64,000 nucleotides of DNA from Trueperaceae bacterium. Its GTDB lineage: Bacteria > Deinococcota > Deinococci > Deinococcales > Trueperaceae. The notes beneath the pieces are model-generated. The model ran no database searches and was not told where the DNA came from. It saw nothing but the letters and a program-made list of their open reading frames with translations. The stretch lies in contig DASSXV010000044.1 in assembly GCA_035703635.1 (NCBI GenBank), positions 37,974-101,973 on the forward strand. The letters are read 5' to 3'. Of the stretch, positions 47,131 through 55,958 are shown one piece after another; positions within the stretch are counted from its first letter, which is position 1, and each line of letters begins with the position of its first letter. The position numbers were made by a program, and so were the translations under genes.

Positions 47131-47825
47131 GTTGGCTCCGCGTTGAGGCTGTGAAAGACGCTGAGGGTGTCCGGGTGGATGGCCTTGCCCGCGTCCCGCA
47201 GGTACTCGACCTTGGATGCGACCGCGCGCCGGTAGGCCGACTCGAGGTCGTGCATGGCCAGCTCGCGGAGGTCATCATTGACGCCACGGCCGGGTTCACA
47301 GACGTCTGCGACGTACACGCACATGCCAACACGGTGCCCTAGCGGAACCCCGAAGACGTGACCATCGATGGCCTCGAGGACTACCTGGTCGGTCACACCC
47401 CATGTTGCCGCCAACTGCTTGCTAGCACGACCGTGGAGGGTAAGGGGGTGGCTGGCCTCGAACTCGTCTACCGGCTGACCCAACCGCAATAGCTCCTCAT
47501 CAGGCAAGTCTCTGGCGGCGTCATGCAGGATGGCAGCCAACGCGATCCGATCACGATCGACCTGCGACAGCCCGTTTGCCTCCGCGATGGCAACAGCGGT
47601 TTCCGTCACGCGCTCGATGTGACCGAAGCGCTCGGCGCTGACGAGTTCGCGCACGTGGCTGCAGTATGGCGCCAGTTCGGCAGAGGCGCACACGCCTTGG
47701 TGCAGCTGGTCAGCGTTGCCGCTTTCCGAATGGTGCTGTGGTTGTCTAGCCGTCTCTTTGGTCATGGTGGTGATAGTCGACCGACTGGCGATGTTGCCCG
47801 AAGGGGTACCTAACTCTCCTCCCAA
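47127..47825 (-). CDS. yqeK: HD-domain bis(5'-nucleosyl)-tetraphosphatase YqeK
   Basis: RFGHIERVTETA...LAAILHDAARD (HD motif) in the obg / rsfS neighbourhood. The start may be an internal ATG (MTKETARQ). Confidence 0.75.
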   Translation of the reverse strand: MGGELGTPSGNIASRSTITTMTKETARQPQHHSESGNADQLHQGVCASAELAPYCSHVRELVSAERFGHIERVTETAVAIAEANGLSQVDRDRIALAAILHDAARDLPDEELLRLGQPVDEFEASHPLTLHGRASKQLAATWGVTDQVVLEAIDGHVFGVPLGHRVGMCVYVADVCEPGRGVNDDLRELAMHDLESAYRRAVASKVEYLRDAGKAIHPDTLSVFHSLNAEPT

Positions 47826-47864
47826 GCCGCCGCGCTGCGGCGCTGAGGAAAAGTTAGCACGCGC

Positions 47865-49322
47865 TTAAGGCTCCCCCGAGTCGTCCTCGGCAATTACCGA
47901 GTCGTTCTCGGCAGCTGCCCACTCATCCTCGGCTCCTGCCGCCTGACCCTCGGCGGCAACTTCGCTGTCCGAGCCGCCTTCGTCATCGCCCGCGGCGCGC
48001 GCCCGGTCGTCGAGATAGCGCTTGCCGGCGCGTTCGGCGTCCGTTTGGGTCGGGGTCGAAGTGTCTGCAGCGGTGTCATCGAAGTAGTCGAACACGGCCG
48101 CGCCGATCTGGACCTCCTCACCGGACTGCACGCCCGCACGCTTCAACAACTGGTAGAGACCGTGGTTCCTGAAGTGGTATTGCAGGTACGCAACGGCTTC
48201 AGGGTTGACGGCGTCGAAGCGCGCAACGACCTCCTCGAGTTCACTGCCTGTCACGATCCAGCCGTTGCCCGTCATGTCGCGCCTGATCTCGATCGGCGTT
48301 ACCTGCACGCGCCGCGGCCCCATCCCCGTCACTGGCTTCGGGCGCGGTGGGAGGAGCACGAACAGGGTGGCGCGCAACGCTTCGACGCCCGAGCCCTCAA
48401 GAGCTGAGATGGCAACCAACGGCAAGCCAGCCGTGGCAAGCTCCCGCTCCTTGACCGCCAACTCGTCGGCGTCCACCAGATCGGTCTTGTTCAACACGAT
48501 CAGTGCAGGGCGTTCGAGCAGCTCGGGGTCGTACTCGCGCAGTTCGAGGCGCAAAGCGTCAAGGGTGGCCAATGGCTCGTCCGCAACGTCCAGCACGTAA
48601 ACGAGCAGGCGAGTACGGGAGATGTGCCTGAGGAACTCGAGACCAAGGCCCTTACCCTTGTGGGCGTCCTCGATGATGCCGGGGATGTCGGCCATCGTGA
48701 AGCGCTGCATGTCCAGGTCGACGACGCCGAGGTTCGGGCTGAGGGTAGTGAAGGGGTAAGAAGCGATCACCGGCCGCGAGTTCGACAACACGGCGAGGAG
48801 GCTCGACTTGCCCGCGTTAGGGTAGCCGACGAGGCCGACATCCGCGATAGTCCTAAGTTCTAGGCGCAGCAGGCGCGACTCACCGAGCGTGCCCTTCTCC
48901 GAGAAGCGCGGCGCGCGACGTGTGGAGTGAGCGAAAGCCGCGTTACCGCGTCCGCCGACGCCACCTGCGGCGACGACAGCCGTCTGCCCAACTTCGATCA
49001 GGTCGGCGATGAGCTCGCCAGTCGCGACGTCCGTTGCCATCGTGCCGACCGGCACGTCGACGTACAGGTCCTCGCCGCTGAGGCCCGCCTTGTTGCGCCC
49101 CTCACCCTGCTTGCCTACCTGTGCGCGGAACTGCGTGCGCCCGACGAGCTTCGAAAGCGACGTGATGTCGTCGACCGCACGCAGGTAGATGGAGCCACCG
49201 CGACCGCCGTGACCGCCGTCCGGACCGCCCTTGGGTATGTACTTGAGGCGCATGAAGGAGAGGCCGCCATCGCCGCCTTTTCCTCCCTGAACCTGGATGT
49301 CGAGCACGTCACGGAAAGCCAT
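47865..49322 (-). CDS. obg: GTPase Obg/CgtA
   Basis: Gly-rich Obg fold [23 protein letters not shown]...[13 protein letters not shown] motifs [20 protein letters not shown] domain and acidic tail. Confidence 0.95.
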   Translation of the reverse strand: MAFRDVLDIQVQGGKGGDGGLSFMRLKYIPKGGPDGGHGGRGGSIYLRAVDDITSLSKLVGRTQFRAQVGKQGEGRNKAGLSGEDLYVDVPVGTMATDVATGELIADLIEVGQTAVVAAGGVGGRGNAAFAHSTRRAPRFSEKGTLGESRLLRLELRTIADVGLVGYPNAGKSSLLAVLSNSRPVIASYPFTTLSPNLGVVDLDMQRFTMADIPGIIEDAHKGKGLGLEFLRHISRTRLLVYVLDVADEPLATLDALRLELREYDPELLERPALIVLNKTDLVDADELAVKERELATAGLPLVAISALEGSGVEALRATLFVLLPPRPKPVTGMGPRRVQVTPIEIRRDMTGNGWIVTGSELEEVVARFDAVNPEAVAYLQYHFRNHGLYQLLKRAGVQSGEEVQIGAAVFDYFDDTAADTSTPTQTDAERAGKRYLDDRARAAGDDEGGSDSEVAAEGQAAGAEDEWAAAENDSVIAEDDSGEP

Positions 49323-49446
49323 TCAGTATCGCCCTAACGAGAACGCGGCCCCACCAGGAGCCGCGTTCGAGAATGTCCGGTGAGTCTGCCAGCCGCCGCG
49401 CGCGTCCAGCGCGAAAACAGGGCGCCGCTCGCGCAAGGCTGAGAGA

Positions 49447-49722
49447 TCAGTCGGCTGCGACCGCTTCGACAGCAGTCTCAATGCTGATGAAGCGGCCCTT
49501 GTCGCCTTTGTTGTGGAAGCGTACGACCCCGTCGCGGAGTGCGAAGAGCGTGAAATCAGAGCCAAGACCGACGTTGCGGCCAGGGTGAAAGCGCGTGCCG
49601 CGCTGGCGAACGAGGATGTTGCCCGCGAGAACGACCTGACCATCGAAACGCTTGACGCCGAGGCGCTGGGAGTTGGAGTCGCGTCCGTTGCGAGTGCTAC
49701 CGACGCCTTTCTTGTGAGCCAT
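49447..49722 (-). CDS. rpmA: 50S ribosomal protein L27
   Basis: [29 protein letters not shown]... Confidence 0.97.
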   Translation of the reverse strand: MAHKKGVGSTRNGRDSNSQRLGVKRFDGQVVLAGNILVRQRGTRFHPGRNVGLGSDFTLFALRDGVVRFHNKGDKGRFISIETAVEAVAAD

Positions 49723-49740
49723 CTGCTTCTCCTAGTTGCC

Positions 49741-50046
49741 TCAGCCGCGGATGCTGGTGATCCGCACGCTGGTGAACTCTTGCCTGTGGCCGATGTGGCG
49801 GCGATAGTTCGCCTTGGCCTTGAACTTGTAGATATGAATCTTCTCGCCGCGGCCGTGCCCGATGACTTCGGCCTGCACGCTAGCGCCGTCCACGTGAGGA
49901 GCACCCACCTTGACGGCCTCGCCGCCGACTAGCAGCACCGGCAGTTCAAGGGTGGCGCCCGGCTCCGCGGCGACCTTCTCGACCCTTAGCACGTCGCCTT
50001 CGGCCACGCGGTACTGCTTGCCGCCCGCTTCAACAATTGCGAACAT
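49741..50046 (-). CDS. rplU: 50S ribosomal protein L21
   Basis: MFAIVEAGGKQYRVAEGDVLRVEK...KIHIYKFKAKANYRRHIGHRQEFT. ATG 50046 preceded by GGAGGTCGGAAG. Confidence 0.95.
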   Translation of the reverse strand: MFAIVEAGGKQYRVAEGDVLRVEKVAAEPGATLELPVLLVGGEAVKVGAPHVDGASVQAEVIGHGRGEKIHIYKFKAKANYRRHIGHRQEFTSVRITSIRG

Positions 50047-50159
50047 CTTCCGACCTCCGGTGCCCGACCTCGTGCGCCTGACGGCACCAATGTCAGCCCT
50101 AATGGGCACACTGCGCTCAGGACTCGCCTCCTGTGAGCCGGTCCGAGCGTCGAACACAG

Positions 50160-50189
50160 AGTATAGACGAGAAGACCGTCAACATACAA
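50160..50189 (-). promoter_or_regulatory. Candidate promoter of the rplU operon
   Basis: Minus strand: TTGTAT (50189-50184), 18 nt, TATACT (50165-50160). Predicts a leader of about 105 nt. Confidence 0.5.
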
Positions 50190-50314
50190 CTAGTCGCAGG
50201 GGCGCAGGCTATTGGGTCTGGGCACCAGCCTACTCTGAGTAGGCGCGCGCCTAGCTCCCCTAGTCCATCGCCGCTGGTCTCACATGTGCGGGGCTGCTAG
50301 CATCGCCACCTGAT

Positions 50315-52915
50315 ATGAACCGCCCTCCGACCATCCCCGAGCTCATGAGCCCCGCCGGCCACTGGCCGCAGTTGCGCGCCGCGGTGGAGGCGGGAGCAGA
50401 CGCCGTGTTCTTCGGCCTCACGCACTTCAGCGCCCGGTCCAAGGTTGGCTTCACGGCAACCGAACTGCCTGAAGTCATGCGTGAGCTACGTGGTCGCGCG
50501 GTCCGGGGTTACGTGACGTTCAATACCCTCGTGTTCGACGGCGAGTTGCGAGCCGCCCGCCGGGCGCTGGAGGCCATCGGCGAGGCCGGCGTTGACGCTG
50601 TCATCGTTCAGGACGTCGCCGCCGCGGCGCTGGCGCGCGAGGTTGCTCCAGACGTAGAGGTTCACGGTTCAACCCAGATGTCCATCACTAGTGCGCAAGG
50701 CGCTGAGTTGGCCAGGGCCTTCGGCTGCAGCCGGGTGGTGCTTGGCCGCGAGCTGAGCTTGGCCGACATCGCCAAGGTACGTCAGGGCACCGACGTAGAG
50801 ATCGAAGTGTTCGTGCACGGCGCACTTTGCGTGTCCTACTCTGGCCAGTGCTTCTCGAGCGAGGCTTGGGGAGGGCGCAGCGCTAACCGCGGCCAATGCG
50901 CCCAAGCCTGCCGCCTGTCATATGACCTACTGGTTGACGGCTCCCACCGCGACCTAGGCGAGTACCGCTACCTGCTCTCCCCAGGCGACCTCTACGCGCT
51001 CCACCAGGTACCCGAGCTGGCTCGTATTGGCGTTTCGTGCCTCAAGATCGAGGGCCGCTACAAAGACGCCGACTACGTAGCCCTTACCACCGCCGCTTAC
51101 CGCGAAGCGCTGGACGCACTTGCGCAGGAGAGAGCGCCAGAGATAACAAGCGAGGACGAACGCGACCTCGAGCAGGTCTACTCTCGGGGGTTAGGGCCTT
51201 GGTTCATGCATGGCACCGACCACCAGCGGGTGGTCGTCGGCCGCGCTCCGCGTCACCGCGGCGTCTTGTTGGGCGAGGTCGCAAACGTAACAAGCTCGAC
51301 CGTGACGCTACGCCCCGGAAACGACGCTCCACTCGTCAAGGCCGGTGACGGCGTCGTCTTCGACGCCGCTCAGCGCCGCAGCCCCGACGAGCCAGAGGAA
51401 GGCGGCCCTGTCGTCAAGGCTGAGCAACTGCCTGGCGGCCTCGTGCGCCTGGCGTTCCTCAGGGGCAGCGTCAACCTCGGCCGTGTAGCAGCAGGCGATT
51501 GGCTCTGGCGCACCCACGACGCCGCGATTGACTCAAAGGTCAAGCCGTACCTCAACGCGCAAGACCCGCTCTACACACGGCCCGTCAATATCGCCGTGGT
51601 GGCGCACGTTGGCCAAGTCATCACCGTCGAGGGTCGCGCTAGCGGTTCGCGCGGCGCGGTCGTCGCGCGCGTTCAAGGCTCGGAGCCGCTGCAGGCGGCA
51701 ACGCGGCACGGGCTAACGGCGGCACAGCTCGCTCAACAACTCGGACGGCTCGGCGGTACGGCGTTCCACCTTGGCGAGCTCACGGTCGACCTGGCAGGCG
51801 AACCGTTCGTGCCAGTCAGCGAACTGAACCGCCTGCGCCGTGAACTCGTGGAGGGCATCGCCGCCGCGCGAGAATCCCGGCCCGCGGCGGCGGCACAGTG
51901 GAGAGCGACACCGAACGGCGCGGCGGCGCATGGTCGTGGCGCATCCTCTCAACCCGATGCGCCGTCCAGGCTTCACCTGCTCGTCCGCACGCCGGAGCAG
52001 CTAGACGCCGTCCTTGCGCTAGTCGCAGATCACGCTGCTGCGTGGCCCGTCGCCAGCGTCACGCTCGACTACCTCGAGCTGTACGGCCTGCGCCCGTCAG
52101 TCGAGAGGGCGCAAGCGCTTGGGGTGGAGGTGCGCGTTGCGTCTCCGCGCGTCCTGAAGCCGAGTGAGCAGAACATCGTCAGGTTCCTACTTGGGCTTGG
52201 TTGCGGCATCGTGGTGCGGTCGGGCGGGCTGCTCCACGACCTCGCGCGCATCGCGCCAACTGAGCGGCCGCTGCTTGTCGGCGACTTCAGCCTCAATGTG
52301 GCGAACGCCGAGGCCGCGCGGGCATACCTCGACCTCGGACTGGCAACGATCACACCCGGTCACGACTTGAACGCCAAGCAAGTGGCCGACCTCGCCCGCT
52401 CCGTAGGGGGCACGGCCCTCGAAGTGGTGGCGTACCAGCATTTGCCCGTCTTCCACACCGAGCACTGCGTGTTCTGCCGTTACCTGAGCAGCGGTCACGA
52501 CTACCGCGACTGTGGTCACCCATGCGAGAAGCACCGTATCGCCTTGCGCGACGCGCGCGGCCGCGAGCACCCGGTCATGGCGGACGTCGGATGCCGCAAC
52601 ACCGTGTTCAACGGCGAAGCGCAGACCGCCGCCAGGCACCTGACCAGTTGGTGGCAAGCGGGCGTGCGGGACTATCGACTCGAGTTCGTTCACGAGTCAG
52701 GGGCGAACGTCACCGAGGTCGTCGCTGCGTACACCGCGGCTCTCAACGCCGTCGAGCAAGGCGCCTACCGCCCAGCCGCGCTTGAAGAGCGGTTGGCTGC
52801 AGCCGTCGGGGCGATCACCGAAGGCAGCTTGTTCGTCCCGCGCGCGGCGCAAGCGGACGAAGGCGCCCTCGCCGAACTCCTCGAACTACCCGTCTTTCAG
52901 GGCGGCGTTCACTAA
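50315..52915 (+). CDS. U32-family protein with two U32 modules (RlhA/TrhP/UbiU-UbiV-related)
   Basis: The first module carries the PROSITE-like U32 signature EVFVHGALCVSYSGQCFSS plus downstream Cys residues. The second module has HLPVFHTEHCVFCRYLSSGHDYRDCGHPC. Confidence 0.82.
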   Translation: MNRPPTIPELMSPAGHWPQLRAAVEAGADAVFFGLTHFSARSKVGFTATELPEVMRELRGRAVRGYVTFNTLVFDGELRAARRALEAIGEAGVDAVIVQDVAAAALAREVAPDVEVHGSTQMSITSAQGAELARAFGCSRVVLGRELSLADIAKVRQGTDVEIEVFVHGALCVSYSGQCFSSEAWGGRSANRGQCAQACRLSYDLLVDGSHRDLGEYRYLLSPGDLYALHQVPELARIGVSCLKIEGRYKDADYVALTTAAYREALDALAQERAPEITSEDERDLEQVYSRGLGPWFMHGTDHQRVVVGRAPRHRGVLLGEVANVTSSTVTLRPGNDAPLVKAGDGVVFDAAQRRSPDEPEEGGPVVKAEQLPGGLVRLAFLRGSVNLGRVAAGDWLWRTHDAAIDSKVKPYLNAQDPLYTRPVNIAVVAHVGQVITVEGRASGSRGAVVARVQGSEPLQAATRHGLTAAQLAQQLGRLGGTAFHLGELTVDLAGEPFVPVSELNRLRRELVEGIAAARESRPAAAAQWRATPNGAAAHGRGASSQPDAPSRLHLLVRTPEQLDAVLALVADHAAAWPVASVTLDYLELYGLRPSVERAQALGVEVRVASPRVLKPSEQNIVRFLLGLGCGIVVRSGGLLHDLARIAPTERPLLVGDFSLNVANAEAARAYLDLGLATITPGHDLNAKQVADLARSVGGTALEVVAYQHLPVFHTEHCVFCRYLSSGHDYRDCGHPCEKHRIALRDARGREHPVMADVGCRNTVFNGEAQTAARHLTSWWQAGVRDYRLEFVHESGANVTEVVAAYTAALNAVEQGAYRPAALEERLAAAVGAITEGSLFVPRAAQADEGALAELLELPVFQGGVH

Positions 52916-52937
52916 ACGCGCCAAACCGAAGCGCGCG

Positions 52938-54809
52938 CTACAAGGGGAACAACAGCGGAACGACCACCAGGCCGACGACCCCCATGAGCAATTGCAGGGG
53001 CAGCCCGACTCTCGCGAAGTCCATGAAGCGGTACTGGCCGGGGCCGACCACCAGGGTGTTGACTGGCGTCGCCATGGGCGTGCAGAACGACGACGCGGAC
53101 GCTAGCGCCACCATCATCAACACGCCCTCGGGCGACACGCCAAGCCCGGCTGCTGCGCTCAACGCCACCGGCGCCATCAACACGGCCGTGGCGGTGTTAG
53201 ACATCACCTGCCCAAGGCCCGCCGTCACTAAGTACGTGCCAGCCAGCAATACTAGCGGCCCGGAGCCTCCGAACACCCGCACGACGACATCGGCCACCAG
53301 CTGCACGCCGCCCGTGACCTCTAGGGCCGACGCTAGCGGCAACATGCCAGCGATCAACACGACCGACTGCCACTGCACGGAGCGGTAAGCCTCCTCCATG
53401 GACAGACAACCAGTCACCACCAACGCGAGAGCAGCCATCAGGACAGCGACCACTGGAGCCACCCAACCCGCTGACATGCTGGCCAGCATCAACAGCAAGA
53501 TCACCACCGCGAGTGGCGCCTTTCGGCGTTTCGGGGCAGGACGTTCACCGCCAGACTCGCTAAGCACTACCGCGTCTAAGCGCTCACCGTCGAGGCGGTC
53601 GATGGCGGAAAGCGCCCCCTGGACGAGAAGCGTGTCCCCGAAACGCAAGCGCGTCTCCGCCAGCCGTTGTGCACCGCTACCCTCGACCACCCGCTCGCCG
53701 CCGCGCTGCAACGCAACGACCTGCACTCCGAAGCGCTCGCGGAAACGCAGCGCGGCCAGGCTGTTACCTATCCAGCTCGAGCGCGGCGTCAGCAGTACCT
53801 CAGCGAAACCGAGGTTGGCAGGCACTAGGTCCTCGCCATTGACATCGACCTCTAGAAGTTCAGAGGCCGCCAGACCAGCCACCGCGCCTAACGCCTCGCG
53901 GCTGCCCTGCAACAAGATGCGGTCGCCAACGCGGAACTCCGTGTCGGGGCCGAGGCTCTTCGAGCGCCCTAGGTGGCGCCGCGAGCGCACGCCCGCCCTC
54001 ACGGCCTCCGGCTCGGTATCGATCGCTAGAACACGCACGCCGAGGCGCTCAGGCCACCGCACCTCACGCAGACTACTGCCAACAAGGGGCGAGCCAGACT
54101 GCAAGGTGAGGCGCCCCAAACGCGTTGGCAAACCGTAACGCGTTGCCACCTCGACGAGGCCCTCCGTCTCCCCTCGCGCGCCCGGTGAGGTGGGTGCGGT
54201 CGCTGGGAGCAGGAAGCGCCCCAAGGTGGCCATGTAGAGGATGGCGACGGCCAACATGACGATGCCGATGGGCGTAAAGGCGAAGAAACCGAACGGCGCC
54301 CTGCCAGCGTCCTCCAGCGTCTGCGACACCACCAAGTTAGGCGGCGTGGCGATCAGCGTGAGCATGCCACCGACGAGCGCCGCGAACGCCACCGGCAGCA
54401 GCAGCTTGCTTGGGCTCACCTTCGCGCGCCACGCCATCGACACGACGATGGGCAGCATGACCGCGACGGTGCCAGTCGAACTCATGAAGGCAGATAGCAG
54501 TCCGGTGGCCAGCATGACCGCCACGATCATCCTGGGCTCGCTCTTGCCTGCCACTCGCCCGAGAGCGTTCCCAACCGCGGCGGCCAACCCCGTGTTCACG
54601 ATGGCGAAGCCAACTACGAACAAGCCAGCGATCATGATCACCAGCGCATCGGAGAACCCAGCCAGCGCCTGCTGCGGGCTGAGCACGCCGCTGAGGGTGA
54701 GGGCAAGCACGACTAGTAAGGCAACAACGTCGATCCGGACGCGATCGGAGACGAACAGCACGATTGCCACGCCGAGAATGATGAAGACGGTGAGGGTAGG
54801 TCCGGACAT
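52938..54809 (-). CDS. SLC13/DASS-family anion:cation symporter with two central TrkA-C (RCK_C) domains
   Basis: TM halves flank soluble segments (GSSLREVRWPERLGVRVLAI...GDRILLQG and LAALRFRERFGVQVVALQR...GDTLLVQG). Start set to ATG 54809. Confidence 0.8.
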   Translation of the reverse strand: MSGPTLTVFIILGVAIVLFVSDRVRIDVVALLVVLALTLSGVLSPQQALAGFSDALVIMIAGLFVVGFAIVNTGLAAAVGNALGRVAGKSEPRMIVAVMLATGLLSAFMSSTGTVAVMLPIVVSMAWRAKVSPSKLLLPVAFAALVGGMLTLIATPPNLVVSQTLEDAGRAPFGFFAFTPIGIVMLAVAILYMATLGRFLLPATAPTSPGARGETEGLVEVATRYGLPTRLGRLTLQSGSPLVGSSLREVRWPERLGVRVLAIDTEPEAVRAGVRSRRHLGRSKSLGPDTEFRVGDRILLQGSREALGAVAGLAASELLEVDVNGEDLVPANLGFAEVLLTPRSSWIGNSLAALRFRERFGVQVVALQRGGERVVEGSGAQRLAETRLRFGDTLLVQGALSAIDRLDGERLDAVVLSESGGERPAPKRRKAPLAVVILLLMLASMSAGWVAPVVAVLMAALALVVTGCLSMEEAYRSVQWQSVVLIAGMLPLASALEVTGGVQLVADVVVRVFGGSGPLVLLAGTYLVTAGLGQVMSNTATAVLMAPVALSAAAGLGVSPEGVLMMVALASASSFCTPMATPVNTLVVGPGQYRFMDFARVGLPLQLLMGVVGLVVVPLLFPL

Positions 54810-55007
54810 GCCCCAAGTTACGACCTTGCTGGCCGCCAGAGTAGTTGAGGAACGTCCCCGCGAACGACAGGAACGCGTGACCCACGGCCCATTTAGTGTG
54901 AGCTTTCGCACATAATGGGCGCTTTTCCCTGCCCCATCATCCCGACACGTGTTTTTCTCGTGCCTGATGCCCTATACTCTCGGCGAGTTCACGAAAGGAG
55001 CTCGCTA

Positions 55008-55361
55008 ATGGCCAAAGCCAAGGCAGCACCCAAGAAGGCAGATAAGACCGTAAGCAAGGCCGATCTCGTAAGCGAAGTGGCAGAAGCCACCGGCCAGTCC
55101 AAGAAGGCCGTCAAGGAGACGATGGACTCGCTCCTCGCCTCCATGACCTCGAGCATCGCCAAGGGCAACAAGGTCACGCTCACCGGCTTCGGCACGTTCG
55201 AAGTCCGCAAGCGCAAGGCCCGCACCGGCGTCAAGCCAGGCACGACCGAGAAGATCAAGATCCCGGCGAGTCAGTACCCGGCGTTCAAGGCTGGCAAGAG
55301 CCTGAAAGACACCGTTGGCGGCAAGAAGCCAGCGGCCAAGAAGGCTGCGGCCAAGAAATAA
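55008..55361 (+). CDS. hup: HU-family DNA-binding protein with Lys-rich N- and C-terminal extensions
   Basis: Core ADLVSEVAE...LTGFGTFEVRKRKARTGVKPGTTEKIKIPASQYPAFKAGKSLKD. N-terminus MAKAKAAPKKADKTVSK. C-terminus GGKKPAAKKAAAKK. AAAGGAG SD. Confidence 0.93.
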   Translation: MAKAKAAPKKADKTVSKADLVSEVAEATGQSKKAVKETMDSLLASMTSSIAKGNKVTLTGFGTFEVRKRKARTGVKPGTTEKIKIPASQYPAFKAGKSLKDTVGGKKPAAKKAAAKK

Positions 55362-55371
55362 GGAAGTAATA

Positions 55372-55440
55372 CCCACCCGCTTGGGTGGGCGCAACTCGTT
55401 GTTGAGTATGTGGGGCGGTCACAATGACCGCCCCACTTCA
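55372..55440. terminator. Two hairpins between the converging HU gene 2 and gntK
   Basis: CCCACCC-GCTT-GGGTGGG (55372-55389) and the 12-bp stem GTGGGGCGGTCA / TGACCGCCCCAC (55410-55421 / 55425-55436), followed by TTCAATT. Confidence 0.7.
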
Positions 55441-55451
55441 ATTGCCGGCAT

Positions 55452-55958
55452 TCATACGGAGTGCAGCGCCCGCAGCGCAAGCTCGACCTGCGCTGCCGGG
55501 TCGAGCGTTGGCACGACCGTAACGTCCGGCTCGACGCTTGGGTCCGGCGCCTCCAAGGTGGCGAACTGCGAGGCGAAGAGCGCCGCCGGGAAGAAGTGGC
55601 CCTCCCTAACGCGCAAGCGCGCCTCCACGGTGGCTTGGTCGACCTCGAGGTAGATGAACCTCAGCCCGTCCCCCGCTCCGCGCAGCCGGTCGCGGTAACT
55701 GAGGCGCAGTGCGCTGCATGCGACGACCACGCCGTCGTCGCCAGCCAAACCGCGCGCAAGGGTGTCCGCAACGCGGTCAAGCCACGGCCAACGATCCTCG
55801 TCCGTGAGGGGTACCCCGGCCGCCATCTTCGCGCGGTTAGCCTCAGGGTGGAGGTCGTCGCCATCGACGAACTCGCTACCCAAGCGCTCGGCCACCCAAG
55901 CGCCGATCGTGCTCTTGCCGCAACCGGAGACCCCCATCACGACAACCGCGTGTGCCAC
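55452..55958 (-). CDS. gntK: Gluconokinase (shikimate-kinase fold)
   Basis: VVVMGVSGCGKSTIG P-loop, FVDGDDLHP..N..KM..G.PL.D.DR.PWL gluconokinase block. GTG start overlaps the upstream TAG (TAGTG). Confidence 0.85.
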   Translation of the reverse strand: MAHAVVVMGVSGCGKSTIGAWVAERLGSEFVDGDDLHPEANRAKMAAGVPLTDEDRWPWLDRVADTLARGLAGDDGVVVACSALRLSYRDRLRGAGDGLRFIYLEVDQATVEARLRVREGHFFPAALFASQFATLEAPDPSVEPDVTVVPTLDPAAQVELALRALHSV

